Shown here one piece after another: positions 1 through 9,347 of a DNA stretch of 64,000 bases. The notes beneath the pieces are model-generated. The model saw nothing but the letters and a program-made list of their open reading frames with translations, was not told where the DNA came from and did not search any database. This stretch comes from Desulfovibrio sp. (GTDB lineage Bacteria; Bacillota; Dethiobacteria; DTU022), in contig JAGUZX010000026.1 in the NCBI GenBank assembly GCA_020060545.1, positions 16,788 to 80,787 on the forward strand. Direction: 5' to 3'. The translations under genes and the position numbers were made by a program. Numbering within the stretch: position 1 is the first letter of the stretch; each line of letters starts with the position of its first letter.

Positions 1-1
1 G

Positions 2-397
2 GTTACAGCCGGGGAAGCTGAAGCGGTGGAAAATTCGCTTAAATCGCTGGGGCTGACCGTACCCATACCCGAACACCTGATGGATGCCGTAACCGGCTTG
101 AGCGGAACCGGGCCGGCTTACGTATTCCTGTTCATCGAGTCGCTGATCGACAGCGGCGTGATGATGGGATTGAACCGGGATACCGCCACGGCCCTCACCA
201 TCCAGACGGTAATCGGGGCGGCCCGGATGCTCCAGGAAAACGGCGTCCACCCGGCCGAGCTGCGCAACAATGTCACTTCGCCGGGCGGAACCACCTGCGC
301 CGCGATCCAGGTCTTTGAGGAGACCGGCTTCCGGAACAGCCTGATTAAAGCGGTGATCGCCGCGACCCGCCGCGCCGGGGAGCTCAGACGTGACTGA
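2..397 (+). CDS. proC: Pyrroline-5-carboxylate reductase (5' part outside window)
   Basis: C-terminal motifs DAVTGLSGTGPAYVF and VTSPGGTT; the frame stays open to the window edge; overlaps the proB start. Confidence 0.93.
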   Translation, partial: VTAGEAEAVENSLKSLGLTVPIPEHLMDAVTGLSGTGPAYVFLFIESLIDSGVMMGLNRDTATALTIQTVIGAARMLQENGVHPAELRNNVTSPGGTTCAAIQVFEETGFRNSLIKAVIAATRRAGELRRD

Positions 398-1523
398 AAA
401 GGCTGATTTAACGGTGGAGGCGCGCCGTGTCGTGGTCAAGGTGGGGACCAGGCTGGTCACCCACGCCACGGGAAAACTTAACCTCGGATATATCGAGCGG
501 CTGGTGCGGGAGCTGGCCGACTTGCGAAACCAGGGGCGCGAGGTGATCCTGGTTTCCTCGGGGGCCATCGGCGCCGGGATGGGCAGGCTGGCCATGGCCC
601 GGCGGCCGGAGACCATCCCCGGCAAACAGGCCGCCGCGGCGGTGGGGCAGGGGCTGTTGATCCAGATTTACGAAAAGTTCTTCTCGGAGTACGGCCTGAT
701 CGTGGCCCAACTGCTCTTGACCCGTTCCGATCTGGTCAGCCGCCGCCGCTACCTGAACGCGGCGAATACCATCCTGACCCTTTTGCAGTGGGGTGTAGTC
801 CCCATCATCAACGAAAATGACACCGTTTCGGTGCAGGAGATCAAGTTCGGGGACAACGACCGGCTTTCCGCCCTGGTGGCGGGGCTTTGCGACGCCAACC
901 TGCTGATTGTGCTGAGCAATATCGACGGCCTCTACGATGCCAATCCGCACAAACATCCCGGCGCCCGGTTGGTCCCGGTGGTAAACGAAATTACCCCCGC
1001 GGTGAAGAGCTGGGGGGAGGACTCGGGAGACGACCTGGCCACGGGAGGCATGATCACCAAGCTGCAGGCCGCCGAAATTGCGGTCAATTCCGGGATCGGG
1101 ATGTATATCGCCAACGGATCCGTGCCGGGGGTGCTGCACCGGATTTTGGGAGGCGAACCGCTGGGGACATACTTTCGCCCCCAGAAATCTTACTTGAGCC
1201 GCCGGAAGCGCTGGATCGCCTACGGCAGAGTGGTGGAGGGCAGCGTGGTTGTCGACGACGGCGCCAAAAGGGCGCTCCGCCAGGAGGGGAAAAGCCTGCT
1301 GCCCGTCGGCGTCCTCACTGTCAACGGGACTTTTGAAAAGGGCGACCTGATTACGGTTATGGACCGCCAGGGCAAAGAGATCGGCCGGGGATTGTGCAGT
1401 TTTTCATCCCGGGAGCTGGAGAAGATCATGCGGCACTCCAGCGCGGAGATTCCGCACCTGATCGGCAGGGAAAGCAGCACTGAGGTTATCCACCGCGACA
1501 ACCTGATTGTTTACGAAATCTAG
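390..1523 (+). CDS. proB: Glutamate 5-kinase with PUA domain
   Basis: VVVKVGT, VSSGAI, INENDTV, FGDNDRLSA, TGGMITK; C-terminal PUA (SLLPVGV...VIHRDNL). Confidence 0.97.
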   Translation: MTEKADLTVEARRVVVKVGTRLVTHATGKLNLGYIERLVRELADLRNQGREVILVSSGAIGAGMGRLAMARRPETIPGKQAAAAVGQGLLIQIYEKFFSEYGLIVAQLLLTRSDLVSRRRYLNAANTILTLLQWGVVPIINENDTVSVQEIKFGDNDRLSALVAGLCDANLLIVLSNIDGLYDANPHKHPGARLVPVVNEITPAVKSWGEDSGDDLATGGMITKLQAAEIAVNSGIGMYIANGSVPGVLHRILGGEPLGTYFRPQKSYLSRRKRWIAYGRVVEGSVVVDDGAKRALRQEGKSLLPVGVLTVNGTFEKGDLITVMDRQGKEIGRGLCSFSSRELEKIMRHSSAEIPHLIGRESSTEVIHRDNLIVYEI

Positions 1524-1551
1524 TTTAAAACAATCCAAATGAAAAGGATGT

Positions 1552-2817
1552 TTGCCGGCGATGCATTCTGAAGTTGTGGCAAAAGCTGAACAGGCCCGCG
1601 CCGCGGCTGAAAGCCTGGCCGCCGCTTCCACCGGCGTCAAGAACCGCGCCCTGAAGTTGATCGCCGCCGCCCTGGAAGCGGAAAGCGAAAGTGTGATTAA
1701 GGCCAACAGCGAGGACCTGGAGCAGCTGAAACAAAAGCCGGGCTACAGCAAGGCTTTTTACGACCGGCTGCTCCTGACCCGGGAACGGATTGCCGGTATG
1801 GCGGAGGGGCTGCGGCAGATCGCAACCCTGGAAGATCCGGTGGGAGAGGTTACCGGGATGTGGCTCCGCCCCAACGGGTTGCAGATCGGCCAGGTCCGGG
1901 TGCCGATCGGCGTGGTGGGGATTATCTACGAAGCGCGGCCCAATGTGACCGTGGATGCCACGGGGTTGACCTTGAAGTCGGGAAACGCCGTGATCCTGCG
2001 CGGCAGCTCGGAAGCGATTCATTCCAACAAGGCCCTGGTCGAAATAATCCGGGAACAGCTGGCGCAGGCGGACCTGCCCCGCGCGGCGGTTTCCCTGATC
2101 GAGGACACCGACCGAACCGCCGCCCAGGCGCTGATGCGTTTAAACGGCCTGGTGGATCTGTTAATCCCGCGCGGCGGGCCGTCGCTGATCAAGACGGTGA
2201 TTGAAAACTCATCCGTGCCGGTGATCCAGACCGGGGCAGGCAACTGCCACATTTATGTCGACGATGGGGCCGACCTGGAGATGGCGGCCAGGATCACCGT
2301 CAACGCCAAGGTGCAGCGGCCGGGAGTGTGCAACGCGGCGGAGACGCTCCTGGTCCACCGGGCCGCCGCTCCAGCATTCCTACCGCTCGTGCTGCCGCGG
2401 CTGCTGTCGGAAGGGGTGGAGATCAGGGGCTGCCCGCGCACGAAAGGATATCATGCGGACGTAGTCCCGGCCGTGGCAGAAGACTGGGAAACGGAATACC
2501 TGGACCTGATCCTGGCGGTGAAAGTGGTGGAGAGCATGGACGAGGCGATCGAACATATCAACCGTTACGGGACGATGCATTCCGAAGCGATCGTGACCCG
2601 CGACTACGCCCGCGCCCGCGAATTTTTAACGCGGGTCGACGCGGCGGCGGTTTACGTAAACGCCTCGACCCGCTTTACCGACGGTTTTGAATTCGGCCTC
2701 GGCGCTGAAATGGGCATCAGCACCCAGAAGCTGCACGCCCGGGGACCGATGGGGCTGCAGGCCCTGACCAGTCTAAAGTATGTGATATATGGCAGCGGGC
2801 AAATCCGTGAAATTTAA
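1552..2817 (+). CDS. proA: Gamma-glutamyl phosphate reductase
   Basis: IYEARPNVT, QRPGVCNAAET, NASTRFTDG, EMGISTQKLHARGPMG; start may be the ATG at 1561. Confidence 0.97.
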   Translation: MPAMHSEVVAKAEQARAAAESLAAASTGVKNRALKLIAAALEAESESVIKANSEDLEQLKQKPGYSKAFYDRLLLTRERIAGMAEGLRQIATLEDPVGEVTGMWLRPNGLQIGQVRVPIGVVGIIYEARPNVTVDATGLTLKSGNAVILRGSSEAIHSNKALVEIIREQLAQADLPRAAVSLIEDTDRTAAQALMRLNGLVDLLIPRGGPSLIKTVIENSSVPVIQTGAGNCHIYVDDGADLEMAARITVNAKVQRPGVCNAAETLLVHRAAAPAFLPLVLPRLLSEGVEIRGCPRTKGYHADVVPAVAEDWETEYLDLILAVKVVESMDEAIEHINRYGTMHSEAIVTRDYARAREFLTRVDAAAVYVNASTRFTDGFEFGLGAEMGISTQKLHARGPMGLQALTSLKYVIYGSGQIREI

Positions 2818-2840
2818 AAAAAAGATTAAGGAGGAAACCG

Positions 2841-4013
2841 GTGAAAAGATTTAAAGAAGGGTTGGAAAAAGGCGCGATTATGCTGGTCGATACGACCCTG
2901 CGGGACGGCGAGCAGACGGCGGGGGTGGTTTTTTCGAATCGCGAGAAGCTGCGTATCGCGAAGATGCTGGATAACCTGGGAGTCCACCAGATTGAAGCCG
3001 GCATCCCGATCATGGGCGGCGATGAAAAGCAGGTGATCACCGAGATCGCTTCGTACGGCCTCCAGGCGAGCATCATGGCCTGGAACCGGGCCAGCATCGA
3101 GGATGTAAAGAGTTCCCTGGAGTGCGGTGTCGATGCCGTGGCCATCTCCATCTCCACTTCGGATATCCATATCACGAACAAGCTGCGCACCTCGCGGGAG
3201 TGGGTTCTCGAAAATATGACCCAAGCCGTGGAATTTGCCAAGAAAGCGGGTGTCTATATCTCTCTCAACGCGGAGGACGCTTCCCGCAGCGACATCGATT
3301 ACCTGATCAAGTTTGCCCGGGAGGGCCAGGCCGCCGGCGCGGACCGGCTCCGCTTTTGCGATACCGTGGGAGTGCTGGAGCCTTTCCGGACCTATGAGGT
3401 GGTCAGCCGGATTATCGAGGCGACGGGGATGGAGATCGAGATGCACACGCATAATGATTTCGGCATGGCCACAGCCAACGCCCTGGCCGGGATTAAAGCC
3501 GGTGCGCGCCTGATCGGGGTGACGGTAAACGGTCTCGGTGAAAGGGCGGGCAATGCCGCCCTCGAGGAGGTGGCGATGGCATTGAAGTTTCTCTTCGGGG
3601 TTAACCTGGGGGTAAACACCAAGGATTTCTTGAACCTCTGCGAGTACGTAGCCAGGGCATCGGGCCGGCCGCTCTACCCCAGCAAGCCAATCGTCGGGAC
3701 AAACACCTTCGCCCACGAATCGGGGCTCCACGCCGACGGGGTCCTGAAAAACCCGAATACCTACGAGGTATTCAGCCCCGAGGAAGTGGGACTGACGCGC
3801 CAGATCATCATCGGGAAGCACTCGGGCAGCAAGGCGATTAAGATGAAATTTGAAGAATACGGGATCGATCTTTCCGACGAAGAGGCCGCCGACCTCCTGG
3901 CAGCCGTCCGTAGCCACACCGTGGATATGAAACGGACTTTGTTTGACAAAGAGCTGATGTATATCTACGAAGATTACCTTTACGAAAAGAAAAAGCCGCC
4001 CCGCCTCGGCTGA
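2841..4013 (+). CDS. nifV: Homocitrate synthase-like DRE-TIM acyltransferase (NifV/Re-citrate synthase family)
   Basis: DTTLRDGEQ, HTHNDFGMA, GLGERAGNA, HESGLHADG, IGKHSG; no LeuA regulatory domain; AGGAGG RBS. Substrate not determined. Confidence 0.8.
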   Translation: MKRFKEGLEKGAIMLVDTTLRDGEQTAGVVFSNREKLRIAKMLDNLGVHQIEAGIPIMGGDEKQVITEIASYGLQASIMAWNRASIEDVKSSLECGVDAVAISISTSDIHITNKLRTSREWVLENMTQAVEFAKKAGVYISLNAEDASRSDIDYLIKFAREGQAAGADRLRFCDTVGVLEPFRTYEVVSRIIEATGMEIEMHTHNDFGMATANALAGIKAGARLIGVTVNGLGERAGNAALEEVAMALKFLFGVNLGVNTKDFLNLCEYVARASGRPLYPSKPIVGTNTFAHESGLHADGVLKNPNTYEVFSPEEVGLTRQIIIGKHSGSKAIKMKFEEYGIDLSDEEAADLLAAVRSHTVDMKRTLFDKELMYIYEDYLYEKKKPPRLG

Positions 4014-4033
4014 GTTTCCGGGCTTAAGGATAT

Positions 4034-4067
4034 ACCCTGCCCCCTGCCGGGGGCGGGGTTTTTTTTA
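4034..4067 (+). terminator. Rho-independent terminator of the pro-nifV operon
   Basis: ACCCTGCCCC...GGGGCGGGGT stem followed by a T-run. Confidence 0.85.
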
Positions 4068-4137
4068 TAAAAAAGGTTGAAATTTCAGAGGCAAATGAGG
4101 CAAAATAGAAGAAAAGAATGGTGAAGGAGTGTGCCAA

Positions 4138-4437
4138 ATGGTCCTCGACGAATTTTTTACCGCTACCTTGGGCCTGCTGATGTTCGGCAAGGAAAAAGCC
4201 GAAGAAATTATCGATATCCTGGTGGAAAAAGGGGAGATGCAGCGGAGTGAAGCGCAAAAACTGGTAAACCGCCTGATCGAAAAAGGGAGAGAAGAAAAAG
4301 AGCGTTACCGGGAGCAGTTAAAGCGCAAAATCGCCGACGGGGCCTTGCAGGAGAGGTTCGCCACCAGGGAAGATCTGCAGCGCCTGGAAGGAAAGTTGGA
4401 TGAACTAGCGGCACTGGTCAGAGAAAAGCTGCAGTGA
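4138..4437 (+). CDS. Phasin-like (PHA granule-associated family) protein
   Basis: KEKAEEIIDILVEKGEM...ATREDLQRLEGKLDEL pattern; overlaps the start of the ABC1 kinase; GAAGGAG RBS. Confidence 0.75.
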   Translation: MVLDEFFTATLGLLMFGKEKAEEIIDILVEKGEMQRSEAQKLVNRLIEKGREEKERYREQLKRKIADGALQERFATREDLQRLEGKLDELAALVREKLQ

Positions 4438-6104
4438 AACAGGGCTGGAAACGCTTAAGGCAGCTGCGCTACCTCAAACGTTACCGCCAGATATTACAGG
4501 TCTTAATTAAATACGGTTTTTCTCAGGTCCTGGACCGGTTAAAACTTTACGGCCTCTGGGAACGTTATTTTATCCGCAATAAGCGGGAAGGGCAGGCGCC
4601 GCAAAACCTGGAGGCCCGCTTGCGCATGGCCCTGGAAGAGCTGGGACCTGCTTTTATCAAAGTGGGGCAGCTGCTCAGCACGCGCACGGATCTGCTGCCT
4701 TATGCTTATACAGCAGAACTGGCCCGGCTGCAGGACAACGTACCCCCTTTCCCATCCCTGCAGGCACGCGAAATTCTGGAGACGGAACTGAAGTCCCCCC
4801 TGGAGAATGTTTTCGCCGCTTTTGACATGGAGCCGCTGGCTGCCGCGTCTCTTGGCCAGGTACATCGCGCCGTCCTTGCCGGCGGCCAAGAAGTGGCGAT
4901 TAAAATCAAGCGGCCCGATGTAGAGCTGCTGGTGCATAAAGATCTGGAAATCTTGACTGAACTAGCGGCCGTGGTGGAGCGCAATACCACTCTTGGGACG
5001 GTCTACCAGTTCACCCGGATCGCCGAAGAACTGCGGCAGATTATACTCCGTGAACTCGACTACACCATCGAAGCCCGCAGCGCCCAGCGTTTCCGGCATA
5101 ACTTTACCGGTAACCCAGCCGTCTATATCCCCCGGGTTTACTGGGAGTACACCACCCGCAATATTTTGACGCTCGAGTATAAAGACGGCGTGAACATCAG
5201 CCGCTACCTGCAAAAACCGGCAACCGACCCGCCGCCTCACATCATTGCAGCAGCGCTCGCGGATACATTTTTTAAACAAGTTTTTTTGGACGGTTTTTTT
5301 CACGGCGATCTTCACCCGGGGAATATCGCCATCCTGCCTGACGGTAGGCTCTTTTTCATGGATTTCGGATCGGCCGGCCATATCAGCGAGGAACTGCGAG
5401 GCAAGTTTACCGTGATCATCAGGGCCGTTAAAACGGTCGACACGGCAACGGTAGCCGACGAACTGCTTAGTTTTGCGTTTGCGCCTCCGGTGATCAACCG
5501 GCAGGAGTTGATTCGCGATCTCGGCGTAATCCAGGAGCAGTATTACGATCTGCCGCTGGGCGAGATCAACCTGGCCGGGGTGATCCAGGATCTCATGCGG
5601 GTGGCCGCAAAACATCACCTTCGTTTTCCCTACGAATTTTTACTCCTGGCCAAAGCGACGGTGACCGTGGAAGGAACGATCTCACGCTTAAGCCCGGAGT
5701 TCAACCTCTCCGCAGCGCTGCAGCGCTACGCCCCCGCCTTGCAGAAGAAACAGCTTAAATATGCGCTGCGCCGCCTCAGAGGGAACCTGCGCAGCTACCA
5801 CCGCCTGCTTGAAGAGTTGCCGGAACGGGTGGTGGAAATCTTAAGGGAGACCGCCGCCGGGGAGCTGAAGCTGAAGGTGGAGCTGGCCAAAACTGAGGGC
5901 GCTTTAAAAACGCTGGAAAACATGATCAACCGCCTTTCTTTCAGCATTGTCCTGGCCAGCTTGATCATCGGGTTATTCCAGAACTTGCGGCTGGGGCAGG
6001 CCGCCTGGCTCAGCCGGGTCCCCTTAAGTGAGATCGCCCTCGCGGCCGCCGGCTTCGCCGGATTGTGGTGGCTTTTCGCTATTATCCGCTCCGGAAGACT
6101 ATGA
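4434..6104 (+). CDS. ABC1/AarF/UbiB family atypical kinase
   Basis: IKVGQ (KxGQ), AAASLGQVHRA, HGDLHPGN, DFG; C-terminal TM helices. Confidence 0.92.
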   Translation: MKQGWKRLRQLRYLKRYRQILQVLIKYGFSQVLDRLKLYGLWERYFIRNKREGQAPQNLEARLRMALEELGPAFIKVGQLLSTRTDLLPYAYTAELARLQDNVPPFPSLQAREILETELKSPLENVFAAFDMEPLAAASLGQVHRAVLAGGQEVAIKIKRPDVELLVHKDLEILTELAAVVERNTTLGTVYQFTRIAEELRQIILRELDYTIEARSAQRFRHNFTGNPAVYIPRVYWEYTTRNILTLEYKDGVNISRYLQKPATDPPPHIIAAALADTFFKQVFLDGFFHGDLHPGNIAILPDGRLFFMDFGSAGHISEELRGKFTVIIRAVKTVDTATVADELLSFAFAPPVINRQELIRDLGVIQEQYYDLPLGEINLAGVIQDLMRVAAKHHLRFPYEFLLLAKATVTVEGTISRLSPEFNLSAALQRYAPALQKKQLKYALRRLRGNLRSYHRLLEELPERVVEILRETAAGELKLKVELAKTEGALKTLENMINRLSFSIVLASLIIGLFQNLRLGQAAWLSRVPLSEIALAAAGFAGLWWLFAIIRSGRL

Positions 6105-6183
6105 TAAAATAACAGTTAGGGCCTGGCCCAGTTAAATTAATAAGTTAAAGGGCCTGTGACCCCTTTAACTTATTGACTAAGAG

Positions 6184-7134
6184 GTGAGCGGCTTGCTGCC
6201 GGAGATATACGGCTGTGTCGATGTGGGAGGGACGAAGATACTGCTCCTGCTGATTGACAGTGAAAGGAGCGTCATTTACAGGGGTAAGTTTGCTACCCCA
6301 TTGAACGCGGCGCCGGAAAAGATGGCGGAGGCTATTTACAGGGCGATTGAGACCGCCCTCACCGCTGCGGGATTGGGAAAAAGTTCGCTGGTTGGAATAG
6401 GCGTATGCATCGCCGGACTGGTGGATTATACCAGTGGTGAAGTCTTTCAGGCTCCCAACCTTGGCTGGCACGAGCCGCTGCCTTTCCGGGATCTGCTGCA
6501 ACGGTTTTGGCCCTGCCCGGTCTACCTGGAGAATGACGCGAACGCCGCGATTATGGGCGAAGTGGCGTACGGCGCGGCCAGGGGGCATCGCGACGCCTTA
6601 TATATTACCATCAGCACGGGTATCGGCGGAGGCCTCTACCTGGACGGGAAGATCTACCGGGGCAGCAGGGGATTTGCCGGTGAGATCGGCCATATCAAGC
6701 CCTTTGGCCAGGGAAGGCGGTGCGGCTGCGGGGGATTTGACTGCCTCGAAGCCTGGGCTTCGGGATTGGCGATCTCCCGCAGCGCGGGACTGATCTGGGA
6801 AGAGAGCGAAGTTGATAACGGCCGCATTTCCACCGCCTGGGTTTTCGACCAGGCGCAGGCCGGGAATGCACTGGCCCGTTCGATCATAACAAACGCCTTG
6901 AACGATATCGGCACCGGCCTGGCCAACCTGGTGACCCTGCTTAACCCTTCCTGCCTGGTAATCGGGGGAGGGGTCGCCGGGAACAGGACCGGGTTTTTGG
7001 ATCAGATCCGCGAAAATATTATCGAGCTCGCCATTGCTCCCGCAATCCAAACCACACCGCTCAAGGTAGCGGCGGCCGAGCTTGAGCCGGAATCGGGAGT
7101 TTGGGGGATGTATGCGCTGATGAGTCATCTTTAA
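6184..7134 (+). CDS. ROK family sugar kinase (glucokinase-like)
   Basis: DVGGTK, ENDANAA, STGIGGG, GEIGH, CGCG...CLE. Confidence 0.92.
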   Translation: MSGLLPEIYGCVDVGGTKILLLLIDSERSVIYRGKFATPLNAAPEKMAEAIYRAIETALTAAGLGKSSLVGIGVCIAGLVDYTSGEVFQAPNLGWHEPLPFRDLLQRFWPCPVYLENDANAAIMGEVAYGAARGHRDALYITISTGIGGGLYLDGKIYRGSRGFAGEIGHIKPFGQGRRCGCGGFDCLEAWASGLAISRSAGLIWEESEVDNGRISTAWVFDQAQAGNALARSIITNALNDIGTGLANLVTLLNPSCLVIGGGVAGNRTGFLDQIRENIIELAIAPAIQTTPLKVAAAELEPESGVWGMYALMSHL

Positions 7135-7156
7135 GTTAGGGAACGGTACATAGCGG

Positions 7157-7894
7157 ATGGAAATAATCGAGTTTTTAAGACAGACCAGTGAACTGTTGGG
7201 ACAGGTTGTTGAAAGATACGGCCCCCTGGGTGTGGCGGTGGCCATGTTTGCCGAAAGCGCCGGGGTCCCGTTTGCTTCGGCGGCGGTTGTGTTTGCCGCG
7301 GGCAGTATGATCTTCAGCGGCAAGGTTTCGTTCTGGTCGATCTTATTATCCTCTACGGCCGGCATTACCCTGGGCAGCGTTTTCAGTTATACCCTCGGTT
7401 TTATGAGCAGCTCCGCCGGACGGTTGATCAAAAAAAAGATATCCAAACGGCTGCAGAAAAAGCCGCGGCAACCCAAAAGGCACAGCCGCCCGTCAAAGGT
7501 TTATACTCTCTGGGAAAGATACGGCAGCTTTTCCGTCTTTATGGCCCAATTTTGGGGTGTGACCAGGACCTTTATCTCTTTTCCCGCCGGGGCCATGCAC
7601 ATGAACATCCTCGTTTTTATCGTTTACACCGCCCTGGGAGGGGCCCTTTTCAGCCTGGGGGCGATCGGGTTCAGCATCGTTTTTACCGGCGCCATGGGCT
7701 TAATCTTGAAACTGGCGGCCTTGTTTCTGGCACAGCCCCCGTGGGTTTGGGCCTGTGCCCTGATTATTCTGGCTGTCCTGGCGTATCTCTGCCGCTGCCT
7801 GGGTTGGAAGGCTAGCCCCGCATTCTTTTTCTGTAAAAAGGGCGGGGAGCCTCCCCGCAAAGACGACCCCGGGGACGACTCGCATGCAAGTTAA
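7157..7894 (+). CDS. DedA/VTT family membrane protein
   Basis: AESAGVPF, YG..SVF.AQFWGVTRTFISFPAG; several TM segments. Confidence 0.85.
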   Translation: MEIIEFLRQTSELLGQVVERYGPLGVAVAMFAESAGVPFASAAVVFAAGSMIFSGKVSFWSILLSSTAGITLGSVFSYTLGFMSSSAGRLIKKKISKRLQKKPRQPKRHSRPSKVYTLWERYGSFSVFMAQFWGVTRTFISFPAGAMHMNILVFIVYTALGGALFSLGAIGFSIVFTGAMGLILKLAALFLAQPPWVWACALIILAVLAYLCRCLGWKASPAFFFCKKGGEPPRKDDPGDDSHAS

Positions 7895-9216
7895 ACTTTC
7901 CGGGCCAGGTGAAAGATAAACAAACAGTCCAGGAGCGCAATCAGCGTAAAAGCGATGGTGTAGCCGCAGATAACTCCTTTGATGCCCCACCCGGGAAGAG
8001 CGGTCAGGCCGTAAATAATGCTTAAGCTGATCACCGTGCCGGCCAGGTCATTGGCCACGGCGATGCCGGGGCGACCCATACCGTGCAAGATGGCGGCCGT
8101 GGTAAACTGCAGGTAGGCGAAAGGAGCCACCGGCGCCAGTGAGGCCACCAGGTAAGCCGATGCCGTGCTGCCGTAGAGGGCGCCAGCCAGTACCGGGGCA
8201 AAATAGTGGAGTACAGCGGCGGACGCGGCTCCCACGGCCATGGTGCCCCACAAGGAAAGGCTGAGCAGCCGATCCAGGCGGTTTCTCAAACGAAGAGCCA
8301 CGGCGCCGGCAACGGCGGGCACCAGGGTGGTGTTCAGGGGGATCACAAATACAGTAGGCAGAAAAAGCAGAGGCATTGCCATCCCCGAAAGCTGCCCAAA
8401 AAGGGTGGTAGCCTGTGAAGCCGAATAACCTGCCGCCTGAAGGCGGTAAGGGATCATCAGCGATTCTACGGTTTGCGTAATCGAGGTGCTCAGACGGATA
8501 ACCAGGATTGGCAGCGAAAGCAGGCACATTTCATTTATCATCAGCCGTGAGATTTTTCCCGGAAAGAATAACGTTTTTTTCCCGGGCGTAAGAGTTAAGA
8601 GGATTCCGAAACAGGCGATTTCACCGGCGATTATACCGGCTACGATGCCAATGAGGGCATATTCCAGCCCCCGGGGCAGAAGCCAGAACACCGCGGCGAG
8701 CCCAAGAGAGACGCGGATCACCTGCTCGCCTATCTGAGACAGCGCCGTGGGAGCCATATTGCTCTGCCCCTGGAAATAACTGCGTAAAATGGAAGAGAGG
8801 GCGGCAAACAGGAATGCCGCCGGCATGAGGCGCAGGGAAGAGAAAATCCGGCGGTCGGGGATCAGATCTAGGGGCAGCGACAGCACCGCCCAGAGAATCG
8901 CGGCGCCGGCCAGGGATGAAGCAAGGACATAGCCCAGAGATAGACTGCGAATCTGCAATTGACCCTTGAGATCACCCCGGGCATGACGGTCGGCAACCAT
9001 TTTGGTTACCGCGCCCGGCAAGCCCAGGCCGGCGATAACGGCTAGAAGCGCATACACCGGCAAAATCATCTGGAACAGCCCCAAACCCTCGGCCCCGATG
9101 GCACGGGAAAGAACTATCCGGTTACCCAGGCCGATAATGCGGGTAAAAATGCCGGCTACCGCCAGCTGGGCGGTGCCTTTGAGGAGAGCACTTTGACGGT
9201 TTAGTTTGAGCTTCAT
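7891..9216 (-). CDS. spoVB: Stage V sporulation protein B-like MOP flippase
   Basis: LKGTAQL, GAEGLGLFQM, RSYFQG...SQIGEQVIR, GQLSGMAMPL; start set at MKLKLNRQ (ATG 9216), not the ORF-track start. Confidence 0.82.
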   Translation of the reverse strand: MKLKLNRQSALLKGTAQLAVAGIFTRIIGLGNRIVLSRAIGAEGLGLFQMILPVYALLAVIAGLGLPGAVTKMVADRHARGDLKGQLQIRSLSLGYVLASSLAGAAILWAVLSLPLDLIPDRRIFSSLRLMPAAFLFAALSSILRSYFQGQSNMAPTALSQIGEQVIRVSLGLAAVFWLLPRGLEYALIGIVAGIIAGEIACFGILLTLTPGKKTLFFPGKISRLMINEMCLLSLPILVIRLSTSITQTVESLMIPYRLQAAGYSASQATTLFGQLSGMAMPLLFLPTVFVIPLNTTLVPAVAGAVALRLRNRLDRLLSLSLWGTMAVGAASAAVLHYFAPVLAGALYGSTASAYLVASLAPVAPFAYLQFTTAAILHGMGRPGIAVANDLAGTVISLSIIYGLTALPGWGIKGVICGYTIAFTLIALLDCLFIFHLARKV

Positions 9217-9284
9217 CTCTTTACATTCTATGCGCCGATCGAACCCTGAAGAAGAGTTGCCATGACCGCCGTTAAGTTCCCGGC

Positions 9285-9312
9285 TTGACAAAACGGCCAC
9301 CGGTAATACAAT
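9285..9312 (+). promoter_or_regulatory. Sigma-A-like promoter for the DUF362 gene
   Basis: TTGACA-N16-TACAAT. Confidence 0.55.
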
Positions 9313-9347
9313 GGTGATTAGCAGGCGCAAAGGGGGGTCCGGCCGGT

